Positions 37,901 to 46,835 of a DNA stretch of 64,000 nucleotides are shown here, one piece after another (position 1 is the stretch's first letter; the number at the start of each line of letters is the position of its first letter). The DNA is taken from sequence record NZ_CP085281.1; one strand, written 5' to 3'. The DNA comes from a plasmid. The position numbers and the translations under genes are program-made. Below the pieces are notes generated by a model. The model made no database searches. It was not told where the DNA came from and saw only the letters and a program-made list of their open reading frames with translations.

Positions 37901-39635
37901 GTCGATGCTGCGCCGCGCCAATCCCACGCGGCCTTACGCGAGCCTTTTCACGGGCACCCCCTACACCAACACGCTGGCGGAAGCATATGTGTGGCAACGC
38001 TTTTGCGACCCCGGCCGACTGGTAGAGTCCGGCCTGGGCCACTTCGATGCATGGGCTGCACAGTTCGTCCGCTACGAAACCCTCGTCGAGGTCAGCCCGG
38101 ACGGTTCGGGCTTCCGCAGCCGCCGCCGCCCGGTGGTCATCCAGAACGTTCCCGAGCTGCGAACGATGATCGGCTCGTTCATGTCCATGGTGCGTAGCTC
38201 GATGACAGACCTGAAGCTGCCGACACCGCATCAGCACACCCTCGTCGTGCAGCCCACGGACAACACGCGCGCCTTCATGACCAATTTGGTCAAGCGCGCC
38301 GATGACCTGCGGGCCCGCCGAGTGCAGCCGGACAAGGACAACATGCTGGCGATCTGCGGCGATGGCCGCAAGGTGGCGTTGGATCCCAACCTGGTCGGCT
38401 TCGCCGAGGTGGCCCCGAAGCTGGAGGCGGTCGCCGAGAACGTGGCGGCGATCTACCACCGGACACGGCACTCGGTGTATCCGAATTCGCCTGTGCCGGG
38501 CGCTTTCCAGTTGGTGCTGTGCGATCTGGGCACTCCCCATCCCGGCGACGCGCAGAGCTACGGGCGGATCCGCAGCGGACTCATCGCGCGCGGTGTGCCG
38601 GCCGAGCGGATCCGATTCATCCACGAGGCGACCAATTCGAAAGCCAGAGAGGCGCTATTTGCAGCGTGCCGTGACGGTCGTGTGTCGGTGTTGTTCGGCT
38701 CGACGCCGAAAGTTGGTGTAGGAACCAACATTCAGAACAGGATGGTTGCTCTGCACCATGTCGATCCGACTTGGACGGCACGCGACTGGGATCAGCGCAA
38801 CGGCCGCGGTGTGCGCAACGGTAATCTGCACGATGACATCGACATCTACTGCTACGCCGTCGAGGGGTCGTTCGACGCCTACATGTTCCAGTTGGCCGAG
38901 CGCAAGAGCCGCGGCTTCGAGCAGCTCTACCGCACCGATTCCGAGGTCAGGGAGATCGAGGATTTGGGCGACGGGACACTGAGCTTCGGGGAGCTGAAGG
39001 CCGCCGCCGCGGGCAACACACTGCTGCTGCGCCAGCACGAACTGCAGGTCCTTGTCCGCAAGCTGCGCCTCAAGCATGTGACTGCCCGCCAGAACGTCAA
39101 CGCCGCGTTGAATGCCGCGGCCGAGGCCGAGCGGCACGCCGACGCCCTGCTGTCGCGGGCGCGACGGCTGGCCGAACTCGTCGACTACCGGAGCCAGCTG
39201 GCGCCGCTGGACTTGTCCCGGTGCGCGGAGAACGCCGTGTCGGGCAATGGCCATCGCGCCCGGTGGTCTAGTGGCCCGCTGGTGGTGCAGATCGCGGAGG
39301 AGCGCGGTGATCATCACGTGAAGGTCAGCTTCGGGTACCGCACGCTGTGGAGCCAGGTGTTGCCGGCCAAGGTCCGGCGTCAGGGAGCCGAGGCTGTCGC
39401 GGCATGGACGCGGGCCTGGGTCAGCGGATGCCTCGACGGCGCGGCCGCCGAGCACGCCGAGATCATCGGCCGCGCCAGCGCCGCCCAGGACCGGGCCGCG
39501 CAGTCCCGTGCGGCCGCGGCCGGCACGGATCTATCCGCACCGCAGGAGTTGATCGCCGCCGAGACGGAGCTGGCCGAGATCAGCGCCCGGATCAAAGACG
39601 AGATCCTCGACGCCCGCGGCGAGGAGGCCGCCTGA
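34959..39635 (+). CDS. DNA N6-adenine methyltransferase fused to an SF2/SNF2-type helicase; DarB-like anti-restriction / DNA-modification protein
   Basis: The ORF is open from 34827. The methyltransferase motifs are VLDLGCGTGRFL (motif I) and AVGNVPFSA (motif IV, NPPF-like). The helicase domain has the Walker B AVDEADRFRR, followed by further C-terminal helicase motifs. Confidence 0.8.
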   Translation: MAPTLSAARAALHAVHALHDLRPGASPTPQQRAVLLRFPGWGTAAPLFDSQPAKSWAALADELEDLDPSAMKAAARVVDTSFYTPPVLIEHIYRLLQHAGFHGGEVLDLGCGTGRFLSHAPTDLPIAYTGVDVDPVAARIGAVLHPEATILAERLQNVSLPSNRFDAAVGNVPFSAANVSDPGIDFHGPLHEYFLVRAARAVRPGGYVVMVTSRHTLDAAAGLSYSLRAHADLLAAIRLPAGYFAAEGTDVVADVLVLRARDVDEPRQGWDPRQPGELLSGTDGQGRSASARVSAFWSAHPELVAGTMRLTGFHQNPVTVEADDPHGSVAEAFGAARRLLVPYPTGNAVSSTFSDVVLTDAEGRKEGSFHLVDGKMARVVEGQLQPVVRPSKELHALVALRDATVALVTAEADWDTQDSALDSLRTTCREAYLAYVERFGPLNRGTLIEGKIDPDTGLPKLSWRVPTMSGFRGDPDAALVFALERFDQETGDAAPAAILQRRVNRRPVPVTRVDTAGEAMAVSLGEGRGLDLSRVAELLGLPTTEAAFAALGDLAYRDPATGAVCTARDYLCGDVRTKLQDALAAAATDPSYERNVTALQEVQPRWLGRDEVRIELGSPWVTAGDIEDFCREVFGAKWVKVHHIAPLAAWEIQGNAREINPEAKITYTTTRKSAFDLLQAGLNSTSPTVYDEVYDPIARSTRRVRNADETEAAQAALTAIEQRFSLWVWESPQREQRLLDRYNHAMNSHVLRRDDGSYLTFPGLADDLELWWWQRDFVDRALSIPAAFNAHEVGLGKTRTAIALCMTLRQFGIANRPLYIVPNHLIEQAQRETLQSAPAGKILVVTREDLTRYGRRLFAARCATGDWDMVIMTHETFASMPVPAEVEREWLDDQLAELEDYKRSQGDNGKRIAAAVRSLEGRIERLRDVATDADAITFDMLGIDYLAVDEADRFRRLPITTRAEGFSLGASKRATDLLLKLSMLRRANPTRPYASLFTGTPYTNTLAEAYVWQRFCDPGRLVESGLGHFDAWAAQFVRYETLVEVSPDGSGFRSRRRPVVIQNVPELRTMIGSFMSMVRSSMTDLKLPTPHQHTLVVQPTDNTRAFMTNLVKRADDLRARRVQPDKDNMLAICGDGRKVALDPNLVGFAEVAPKLEAVAENVAAIYHRTRHSVYPNSPVPGAFQLVLCDLGTPHPGDAQSYGRIRSGLIARGVPAERIRFIHEATNSKAREALFAACRDGRVSVLFGSTPKVGVGTNIQNRMVALHHVDPTWTARDWDQRNGRGVRNGNLHDDIDIYCYAVEGSFDAYMFQLAERKSRGFEQLYRTDSEVREIEDLGDGTLSFGELKAAAAGNTLLLRQHELQVLVRKLRLKHVTARQNVNAALNAAAEAERHADALLSRARRLAELVDYRSQLAPLDLSRCAENAVSGNGHRARWSSGPLVVQIAEERGDHHVKVSFGYRTLWSQVLPAKVRRQGAEAVAAWTRAWVSGCLDGAAAEHAEIIGRASAAQDRAAQSRAAAAGTDLSAPQELIAAETELAEISARIKDEILDARGEEAA

Positions 39636-39765
39636 CGCGGTAGCGCCGATGCCACGTCCCCGCCGCCCGCCTCGATGCGGGGACGTGGCATCACCCCTGG
39701 TCGGCGGCCTAACGGGATACGCTCGCTGCTGTGATCCGCTCAGCACTGCACCCAGGCCCCGCGCG

Positions 39766-40716
39766 ATGGTGAAACGCAGAGCTGCCCCGTGGGCCCCCAC
39801 CAGTGTGCCCGACATGCGCCGCCAGTGGTGCAAGGCTCTGGACACCCTGGTCGATCGCCAATCGTCAGCCCTGCATGAGCCGTCCGGCGCCCCAGCAGAG
39901 GGCGGTCGGCGCCTGCAGCGCATGCAGGCCAAGCTGGCCGAATCGCTGACCCAGATGAGCACCGAGACGGATGCGATCCGCCGCGCGGAGCTGTACTGGG
40001 TCTCGCGCGACATGGTCGACGTCGCTCTGGACGCCGCCGACTCGCTACCGGAGTGGACGCCGGCGATCGCCGCCCCCGCGCCCACAGGGGTGTTGTGCTG
40101 GGCCAAGCCGGCCGGCGACGTTCCCTGGAACGCGTTGAGCTCAACAGACCCCACCGAAGTGTCCTGGGACGGCTTGTGGTGGTGGTCGCGACCCGATGGC
40201 AAACTCCAGCTTCAACCGCTCTCACGGCTCGCCAAGAACCGCGAGCTGCTCGCCCCCTACGAGGTGTCCTCACCGCTGTGGGCGACGAACCCGACACTGC
40301 TGCTCGAACCGCTGGTTCCCCGTACCGCCGAGGTGGCCCGCTCCGCTGAGTCCTCCCCCTTGGTGAGCGTGGTCGGCGCGGCGTGGCTACTGATGGGCCA
40401 GCCCACCGTTGCGGCCACCAGGCCCCTCGAATCGTCGACGCGCGCTCGCGCCGACGGCGACTCGGATACGCGCCACCCAGATCCCGACCGGGTCAGCATC
40501 ATCGAACTGCGACGTCCAATGAGCCCTCCCCGCGAGCACGACGGCACCAGCTCCGAGCGGACATATCAGCGCCGATGGTGGGTGGGCGGGCACTGGCGTC
40601 AACAAGCGTGCGGACCCAACCATGCTGACCGACGTCCGAAGTGGATCGCACCATACGTCAAGGGCCCTGAAGGAGCCCCGTTGACCAAAGACCGCGTTCA
40701 CGTGTGGCGCCGCTGA
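39766..40716 (+). CDS. Hypothetical protein immediately downstream of the methylase-helicase gene
   Basis: The ORF is open from 39649 and is trimmed here to MVKRRAAP. Trp-rich, with no recognisable domain. Confidence 0.45.
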   Translation: MVKRRAAPWAPTSVPDMRRQWCKALDTLVDRQSSALHEPSGAPAEGGRRLQRMQAKLAESLTQMSTETDAIRRAELYWVSRDMVDVALDAADSLPEWTPAIAAPAPTGVLCWAKPAGDVPWNALSSTDPTEVSWDGLWWWSRPDGKLQLQPLSRLAKNRELLAPYEVSSPLWATNPTLLLEPLVPRTAEVARSAESSPLVSVVGAAWLLMGQPTVAATRPLESSTRARADGDSDTRHPDPDRVSIIELRRPMSPPREHDGTSSERTYQRRWWVGGHWRQQACGPNHADRRPKWIAPYVKGPEGAPLTKDRVHVWRR

Positions 40717-41948
40717 GCGCGCCTGTCAGGAGGGACTCGGTGACCACACCCCGCCACGACCCGCAGCTGTCCGCGATCCTCGACCATTTCGCATTGGTGA
40801 AGCGCGAAGGAAACTGCTCGGGGCCGGCAGCGCACCAACTCCGCAACCTGATTCTCGAGGAGTACCAGGAAAGACAGGCCCCGCCACGGCGGCTGGATGC
40901 CATCCGATTGATGACCAACCTGCGCGCCTACCGGGGGTGGAGCCCGCTGCCGTGTTCGACCGTGGCTCTCACCGATACCGACACCGAGGCCTATCTGGAC
41001 GACAGAGACGGCTCAATCATCCGCTGGATTCGCCGGATCGAGATGACCATGCTGCTGTACGCCGACGAGTTCGTCGAGCAAGATCCGCTGTCCTTTGAAC
41101 AGCACTACGCGGGCCCCTTCGATCCTGAAAGCGCCCCGGAAGGCCTCGCGTGGCGCTGCATGACAAGCCTTGACCGCCTCTCGAAGGTGAAGCCACTCAT
41201 CGACGCCGGGATCCTCATCATGGCTCCCATCGCCGATGATCCCGACGATTCGATGGACAGCACAGACACCGAGTTCGAGCAGTACTTGCGTGCAAGGGGA
41301 TTCACTGCTGGCGAGATCCGAGACCTCAGTCCTTTTGAGCCTTGGTATCTGCGCGACGCGCGCAGGAACGCGCTCCTTAATGACGCGACGCTCATACCCA
41401 CACAATCGTTTCACTGGCACTATCTCGCTTTTCTGGATGCTCGGGAGGCTGGCCGGCACCGCGCCCCGGAACCGCCGGCCGCCACCACTGCTGAGCAGGT
41501 GGCGTCGAGCCTTCTCACCCTCGATCTACCGATCTTTGCCGGCGCACCCGTCGACACCTTGGTGAAGATCCATCAGAACGAAGAGGCGTTCGCGGAGTGG
41601 AGGGCGGCGCTACGCGGGGCCGCTCGACAGATCAACGCAACATGCACTGACAGCGGGTTTCAGGACGACGCGAGAGAGGTCTATGAGGACATGCTGCTCC
41701 CCATAACCGCCGCCGTCGACCGTGCCACGAAACGTTCTCGCGTGCTCAAGAACCTTGCCCTGGAGCAGGCTGCGCGCGTCTCGTTGGGAGCGACCCTTGG
41801 GTATGCCAGCAGCACCATGCTCGGGTTGCCCCCGACTGGTGCGGTGTCCGGTGCCGTCGTCGGCGGATTGACCAGCGCCGCCTACGGCGTCATGCGACCC
41901 GAGAAGCCGAAGGGTGCGGCCGCCATCATCTCCATGCTCAAGCGATGA
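40704..41948 (+). CDS. Hypothetical protein with a Gly/Ala-rich hydrophobic C-terminus
   Basis: 414 aa, overlapping the previous gene by 13 bp. Confidence 0.5.
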   Translation: MAPLSAPVRRDSVTTPRHDPQLSAILDHFALVKREGNCSGPAAHQLRNLILEEYQERQAPPRRLDAIRLMTNLRAYRGWSPLPCSTVALTDTDTEAYLDDRDGSIIRWIRRIEMTMLLYADEFVEQDPLSFEQHYAGPFDPESAPEGLAWRCMTSLDRLSKVKPLIDAGILIMAPIADDPDDSMDSTDTEFEQYLRARGFTAGEIRDLSPFEPWYLRDARRNALLNDATLIPTQSFHWHYLAFLDAREAGRHRAPEPPAATTAEQVASSLLTLDLPIFAGAPVDTLVKIHQNEEAFAEWRAALRGAARQINATCTDSGFQDDAREVYEDMLLPITAAVDRATKRSRVLKNLALEQAARVSLGATLGYASSTMLGLPPTGAVSGAVVGGLTSAAYGVMRPEKPKGAAAIISMLKR

Positions 41949-42023
41949 CCTTGCCCCCGGTCAGCGCTGCTGCGCTGCTGTCGCTTACGTGCCCACCCGA
42001 GGAATTGGACTTCTGTACCGCTG

Positions 42024-42323
42024 TCATGACATCTCGGCGGGCGCGATGGTGATGGTCACCTTGTAGTCCTCCGGGACGACCAGGACCGCGGCGGCGGGAT
42101 GCAGGGCCACGTCGAAGTCGCCCAGCCGGCAGACCAACAGCGGCTTGGTCATCGACGGGGCGGGCTTGTAGCTCAGCGGCCCGGTCACGGTGTAGCGGCC
42201 CCGACGCACGGCGATCGTCAGCCCCACATGTCGAGACGTCAGCGCTCCGACGTTGATCTCGTAGGGGCCGAGTTCCGGAACGGGTTGCAGGCGTCGCGGC
42301 GCAGTTAGTTGCTTCAAACGCAT
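42024..42323 (-). CDS. Small hypothetical protein
   Basis: The 99-aa ORF is more protein-like than the overlapping 131-aa ORF at 41938..42333. Confidence 0.4.
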   Translation of the reverse strand: MRLKQLTAPRRLQPVPELGPYEINVGALTSRHVGLTIAVRRGRYTVTGPLSYKPAPSMTKPLLVCRLGDFDVALHPAAAVLVVPEDYKVTITIAPAEMS

Positions 42324-42325
42324 TC

Positions 42326-43072
42326 TCAGTCAACCCTTCTCACGTACTCGTCCAGGGCCCGTTGCATTCGTTCGTCATGGCGGTAGTCGTCGCGGGCGAC
42401 CTCGACGAAGTGGCGGATCTGTTCGGCGTTGAACTGGCCACCGACACCGCGGGGGTAACGCTGCAGTCGCTCTCCGGGCGGTGCCCACTGCAACGCCGGC
42501 TCGGCTCTGATGAAGTCGGACACCGCGGCGAGCTGCTCCAGCGGCTCCACCAGATGGTTGAGCCGTCGGTCATAGATCTCGGTGGCGACGACCGCGCCGG
42601 CGCCGAAGGCGACCTCCACCAACTCCTCGCGCGGGATCCTTCGGCCGCGGCACAGCGCGTCCCAGACTGGTTGGGCGATCAGCGTGAACACCACGGGGTG
42701 TCCGTCGAGCACGGTGCATGGTGGGTAGAGCCCGCCGTAGAGGTCGGCGCACGTGGTTGTCCGCTCGACGAGATAGAGCAGGGATTCGATCGCAATGTCG
42801 GGGTCGAACCAGTCTGGGTCTCCACGGTGGGTGTGATCGTGGGCGATGAATCGGCCCTGGCGGTACGCGTGGGAGAAGAACGCCGTGAGGGCGGCGGTGT
42901 TCGCATCGGTTGCGACGCCGTCGATGCACCCGAATCCGTCGTAGGTGCCATGGATTCCGAGCGCGATCGGGTGATACCGCCCGTCATCGGCGCGTTGCAG
43001 GAGTACGGCGGTAGCCTCGACCCCGCTGAGGCTCACCCCGCTGATGAGGCACGCCGCGTCATAGAATCCCAC
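42326..43072 (-). CDS. Hypothetical protein
   Basis: 248-aa ORF downstream of dnaB. Confidence 0.5.
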   Translation of the reverse strand: MGFYDAACLISGVSLSGVEATAVLLQRADDGRYHPIALGIHGTYDGFGCIDGVATDANTAALTAFFSHAYRQGRFIAHDHTHRGDPDWFDPDIAIESLLYLVERTTTCADLYGGLYPPCTVLDGHPVVFTLIAQPVWDALCRGRRIPREELVEVAFGAGAVVATEIYDRRLNHLVEPLEQLAAVSDFIRAEPALQWAPPGERLQRYPRGVGGQFNAEQIRHFVEVARDDYRHDERMQRALDEYVRRVD

Positions 43073-43133
43073 GCCGGGTGGCCGTCCTTCCTTGTTTACT
43101 TAGCGTCGACAGTGTCAGTCGCCGCTACTGCTC

Positions 43134-45260
43134 TCACCAATTCGCGCCGGTGTCAACGCTTTCTGCGCCGCCATACCCGCCTCGCGCCATGTTCGAGAAG
43201 CGACTGAGGTGAAGTTGGCTGGCGACGGTGATCGTCCGGCATGGTCCCGCCCTGTGCTTGCCGATGATGATCTCGGCTTCGCCTGCCTGGGGATGGTCTC
43301 GGTCGAACGCATCGGGTCGGTGCAGCAGCATGACGACGTCGCTATCCTGCTCGATGCTTCCCGACTCGCGAAGGTCAGATATCAGGGGGCGCTTGTCTGT
43401 TCGCTGCTCCGGCCCTCGGTTGAGCTGGCTGATCGCCACCACGGGCACGTCGAGTTCCTTGGCCATGAGCTTGAGCGTCCGGGAGAACTCCGAGACTTCC
43501 TGTTGACGGCTTTCGAAGCGCTTCCCTGAGGTCATCAGTTGCATGTAGTCGACCACGATCAGTTTCAAGGGGGTCTTCTGCGCCAGACGCCGCGCTTTGG
43601 CGCGGATCTCCATCATGGTGAGGTTCGGTGAGTCGTCGATGAACAGCGGGGCCTCGCTGATCTCACTCATCTTCTTGGCTAGCCGCGTCCAGTCGTCGTC
43701 GCTCATCTTCCCTGACCGCATGCTGGCCAACTTGATCTTGGCCTCCGCCGACAACAGACGCATGACGATCTCGGACTTGCTCATTTCCAAGGAGAAGATG
43801 ACGCTGGCCATTCGGTGCCGGATCGAGCATGACCGCATGAAATCCAGTGCGAGCGTGGAATTGTGGGTGGGCACCATGCCACCCCCGGCGAGGTAGAGGT
43901 GGTCGTCGTTGTCCACCTGGACGCAGCGCACGGCCACGCTGTGCCGCGGCTGCACCGCGGTCACGGTGCGCTCTCCTGCCACCACGCGGATCGGCTCCCC
44001 GGGCCACCCGGGGGCCAGCACGTAGCCCAGAGAGGCGAGCAGGTCGGTCGCCAGTGTGCGGTCTTCGGGCAGCCGCCACCGGGCGGTGATGGTGAAGCTG
44101 TCGCCCTGGCCGCCGTGGACCTGGCTGGCATCGAGCAGTCCCCGCAGCATGGCGCGCCGCTGCCGCAGCGATCCGCGCAGGTACCGCGAGACCACGGTGT
44201 CGTAGCCGCGCAGCTGTACGGCGGTGTCTCCGGCTAGGTAACGGCCCACGGTGTACGGGTCGTCCCCGTGCTCGCCGACCTCGGGTAGCTCTACGGGCGC
44301 GGCGGTGGGGATCAAGTCACCGGCTACCAGTTCGGCGGTGACCAGGATTCCGCGGCGAGTCGGCCACTGGTGGCGTTCATCGGCGGTGATGACCGTGCCA
44401 TCGGAGAAGGACACGTCGTAGCAGGGCCGGCCGTAGAGTACGGCGGTCGTGGCCACGACCCGTGTGGGGCGGCCGTCGGCGCCGAGTAGGTAGTCCCCGA
44501 CGTTGACGTCGCCCATCGTGGTCCAGCCTGTTGGTGTGGGCAGGATGGTGTTGAGCGCCAGGGCTTTTCCGACGCCGGGCCGCGCGGCCACGGTGATCAT
44601 CTGCCCGGGATGGAGGCCGTTGGTCAGTTCGTCGAGGTCGTGGAAGCCGGTGGGCACACCGCGGGCGAGGCCGCCGTGAGTGGATAGGTCGTCGAGTTCG
44701 TCCATCGTTGCTTGCAGCAGATCCGACAGCGATGCGTAGTCCTCGCGCCGGTCGCGGTTGTTGACGTTGTAGATCTCGGCTTGAGCCCGGTCCACGATGT
44801 CGCTGACCTCGGCACCCTCGGCGCCGGCGTATCCGTACTGAACCACGCGGGTGCCGGCCTCGACGAGGCGTCGTAACACGGCCTTCTCGGCGACGATGCG
44901 CGCGTAGTAGGAGGCGTTGGCCGCGGTGGGCACCGCCGCGAGCAGGGTATGGAGATAGGGGCCAGCACCGATGCGTCGCAGCTGGCCCCTGCGGTCGAGT
45001 TCGGCGGCGACGGTGACACCGTCTGCCGGTTCTCCTCGCCCGAAGAGATCCAAGATGGCGTCGAAGATCATCTGGTGCCGCGGCTTGTAGAAGTCACCTG
45101 GCTCAACGATTTCCAGGACGTCGGCGATCGCATCCTTGCTCAGCATCATGGCGCCCAGCACCGACTGCTCGGCAGTGTCGTCGTGTGGGGGGAGCCGACC
45201 GAAGTCTCCCTCGGAGACTGGCTCCTCGACTCTGGCGGGGCGGTGCTCGACGGCGGTCAT
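43134..45260 (-). CDS. dnaB: Replicative DNA helicase DnaB with an intein in the P-loop
   Basis: The N-terminal DnaB domain is SVLGAMMLSKDAIADVLEIV. The Walker A ARPGVGK is interrupted and resumes as STLALDF. C-terminal motifs include LIVVDYMQLM and SQLNRG. The ORF is trimmed to start at MTAVEH. Confidence 0.9.
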   Translation of the reverse strand: MTAVEHRPARVEEPVSEGDFGRLPPHDDTAEQSVLGAMMLSKDAIADVLEIVEPGDFYKPRHQMIFDAILDLFGRGEPADGVTVAAELDRRGQLRRIGAGPYLHTLLAAVPTAANASYYARIVAEKAVLRRLVEAGTRVVQYGYAGAEGAEVSDIVDRAQAEIYNVNNRDRREDYASLSDLLQATMDELDDLSTHGGLARGVPTGFHDLDELTNGLHPGQMITVAARPGVGKALALNTILPTPTGWTTMGDVNVGDYLLGADGRPTRVVATTAVLYGRPCYDVSFSDGTVITADERHQWPTRRGILVTAELVAGDLIPTAAPVELPEVGEHGDDPYTVGRYLAGDTAVQLRGYDTVVSRYLRGSLRQRRAMLRGLLDASQVHGGQGDSFTITARWRLPEDRTLATDLLASLGYVLAPGWPGEPIRVVAGERTVTAVQPRHSVAVRCVQVDNDDHLYLAGGGMVPTHNSTLALDFMRSCSIRHRMASVIFSLEMSKSEIVMRLLSAEAKIKLASMRSGKMSDDDWTRLAKKMSEISEAPLFIDDSPNLTMMEIRAKARRLAQKTPLKLIVVDYMQLMTSGKRFESRQQEVSEFSRTLKLMAKELDVPVVAISQLNRGPEQRTDKRPLISDLRESGSIEQDSDVVMLLHRPDAFDRDHPQAGEAEIIIGKHRAGPCRTITVASQLHLSRFSNMARGGYGGAESVDTGANW
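43860..44564 (-). other. Intein of 235 aa inserted in the DnaB Walker A loop; it starts with Ala (class-3-like)
   Basis: It begins with ALALNTILPTPTGW, has a block-B-like SDGTVITADERH, and ends with VPTHN|S. A possible WCT-equivalent is RCV. Removing it restores GVGK-STLALDF. Confidence 0.6.
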
Positions 45261-45553
45261 GCCAGCCTGCCTGGGTGTGGGGGCCGCACCGCCGGCGCCC
45301 GGTTGGCCTCGCGTACCTGGCGCTGCAGTGCCAGCGCCAGCTGCACGCCGCTGTCGCGTTCGGCGATCTGCTGCTGAGTCAAGGCGGGCGCTCCGGTGGA
45401 ACGCAGGTGGGGCCCGAAGTCGTCGAGGCATTCGCCGCAGGTGGCGCCCCACCGGTGCACCTCGTTGATGCAGCCGGGGATCACACACAGCGGGACAGCG
45501 CCGGATTGAGGTTCGGCATTCCGCTTCGAGGTTGATCGCTTGATGCGTTCCAT
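45257..45553 (-). CDS. Small Cys-rich (zinc-ribbon-like) protein
   Basis: It carries CVIPGC...CGEC. Its stop overlaps the dnaB start. Confidence 0.4.
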   Translation of the reverse strand: MERIKRSTSKRNAEPQSGAVPLCVIPGCINEVHRWGATCGECLDDFGPHLRSTGAPALTQQQIAERDSGVQLALALQRQVREANRAPAVRPPHPGRLA

Positions 45554-45699
45554 CGCCGCTGTCCCTTTCTCGTTCGCTTCCTAATTGGTGAAGTACCTGC
45601 GCGGCGGCCGGTTTCCGTCGCCGCGCCCCGATTTGCCTTCGATGACCTGGCCCGATGGCAGGTCCCCCGTGCGCGCCTGACCGTCCGGCTGGCCTTGCG

Positions 45700-46563
45700 T
45701 TAGGCGGCGGCCCGGCGCGGCTCGGGCGCGCACGGGCGCAGCACGCCTCGAAAGCCCGTCGGCATGGCCAGCCGGCCCCCGGCCGGCCGGCGCAGGTTGT
45801 AGCGCTCGTGGAACGTGATCGCGACGAACTTCGGCAGCGCCCCGCCGCCGTGCTTGCCGCCGGCCTTCTTGGCCTTGGCGAAGAAGCCGACCCGTTCGGG
45901 GGTCAAGTCGATCAGCGCATCGACGAGAGTGTCGCAGTCGAAGTTCTCGTCGGCGCCGAAAGCGTCGAGGAACACCGCCATGCCACCGACGAGGCCCGAG
46001 TCGTAGGCGCCCAGTTGCGCACCCCACGTGTCATGCAGTAGCCGCAGGGCATCGCGCAGCAGTGCGTGCCCGCCGCGGCTGCCGGCAATCTTCTCCAGCA
46101 TCGCGGTGCAGCGCAGGTGTCCATCCTTGGGCGCGTCGTCGACCCGCAGTCCCAGACGGGCCACCGTTTCTTCGATGGCGATCACGTCAGGGTCGAGCTG
46201 TGCGCGCCGCGCCTTCCACCGGTCCCATGTCGTCAGGCGGCGACGTTGCACGTCAATGCCGACGAACAGTTGCGCTTCCTCGGCGAGGGTCAGGCCGCTG
46301 TGCACGCGGGCGGCAATCGCTGCGCCCGGGTCCCGTAACGCTACTGCCGCCCAACGGTGTTGGCCCTCGACCACGGCATACCGCGGGTGATGCTCACACC
46401 CACGATCGGAGACCTCGATGACTCCCAGAAGACGCTGATCGAAGTTGTCGGCCATAGCTTGGGCCCGCCGAGGGTCAAGGGGCCGCTGGTAGCTGTGGTC
46501 GGCGAAGATGTCGGCGACGGAAATCGCCAGGACGTAGGGCTCGCTGGCCTGCGGTGTGGTCAT
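45700..46563 (-). CDS. ParB/Srx-like nuclease (ParB N-terminal) domain protein
   Basis: YAVVEGQHRWAAVAL fits the ParB N-terminal domain signature. The ORF is trimmed to start at MTTPQ. Confidence 0.55.
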   Translation of the reverse strand: MTTPQASEPYVLAISVADIFADHSYQRPLDPRRAQAMADNFDQRLLGVIEVSDRGCEHHPRYAVVEGQHRWAAVALRDPGAAIAARVHSGLTLAEEAQLFVGIDVQRRRLTTWDRWKARRAQLDPDVIAIEETVARLGLRVDDAPKDGHLRCTAMLEKIAGSRGGHALLRDALRLLHDTWGAQLGAYDSGLVGGMAVFLDAFGADENFDCDTLVDALIDLTPERVGFFAKAKKAGGKHGGGALPKFVAITFHERYNLRRPAGGRLAMPTGFRGVLRPCAPEPRRAAA

Positions 46564-46835
46564 CGGTCGTGACCTCCTGTGTGCGGGTTGGCCGTGTCGT
46601 TGGTGGTCGCGATCGACCAGGCGACGTGGCGGCGTCCCGGCAGCCGGACGCGACGGACCTCGCTGCGGTGTTCCAGGACGACCAGGTTGCGGTAGACGAT
46701 TTCGTTGACGAGCGCCGGCGCCCATGGCGAGAGCCGCTGACGAAGCTCCGCGGTGGTCAACTCAGCGCCGGCGCGGGTCAACTCGTCGAGCAGGTGCTTG
46801 CGTACGAGTTCCGGATCCAGGCGGATGGCGCTCAT
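46560..46835 (-). CDS. Small hypothetical protein
   Basis: Translationally coupled to both neighbours through ATGA overlaps. Confidence 0.35.
   Translation of the reverse strand: MSAIRLDPELVRKHLLDELTRAGAELTTAELRQRLSPWAPALVNEIVYRNLVVLEHRSEVRRVRLPGRRHVAWSIATTNDTANPHTGGHDR

Noticed and set aside
35010-39455. Minus-strand ORFs of 212 to 427 aa inside 34827-39635
   Set aside because: They are antisense to a gene with unambiguous methyltransferase and helicase motifs. The products are Arg/Gly/Ala low-complexity.
41938-42333. 131-aa minus-strand ORF
   Set aside because: Arg/Gly/Pro-rich low-complexity. The overlapping 99-aa ORF (42024-42323) in another frame looks more protein-like.
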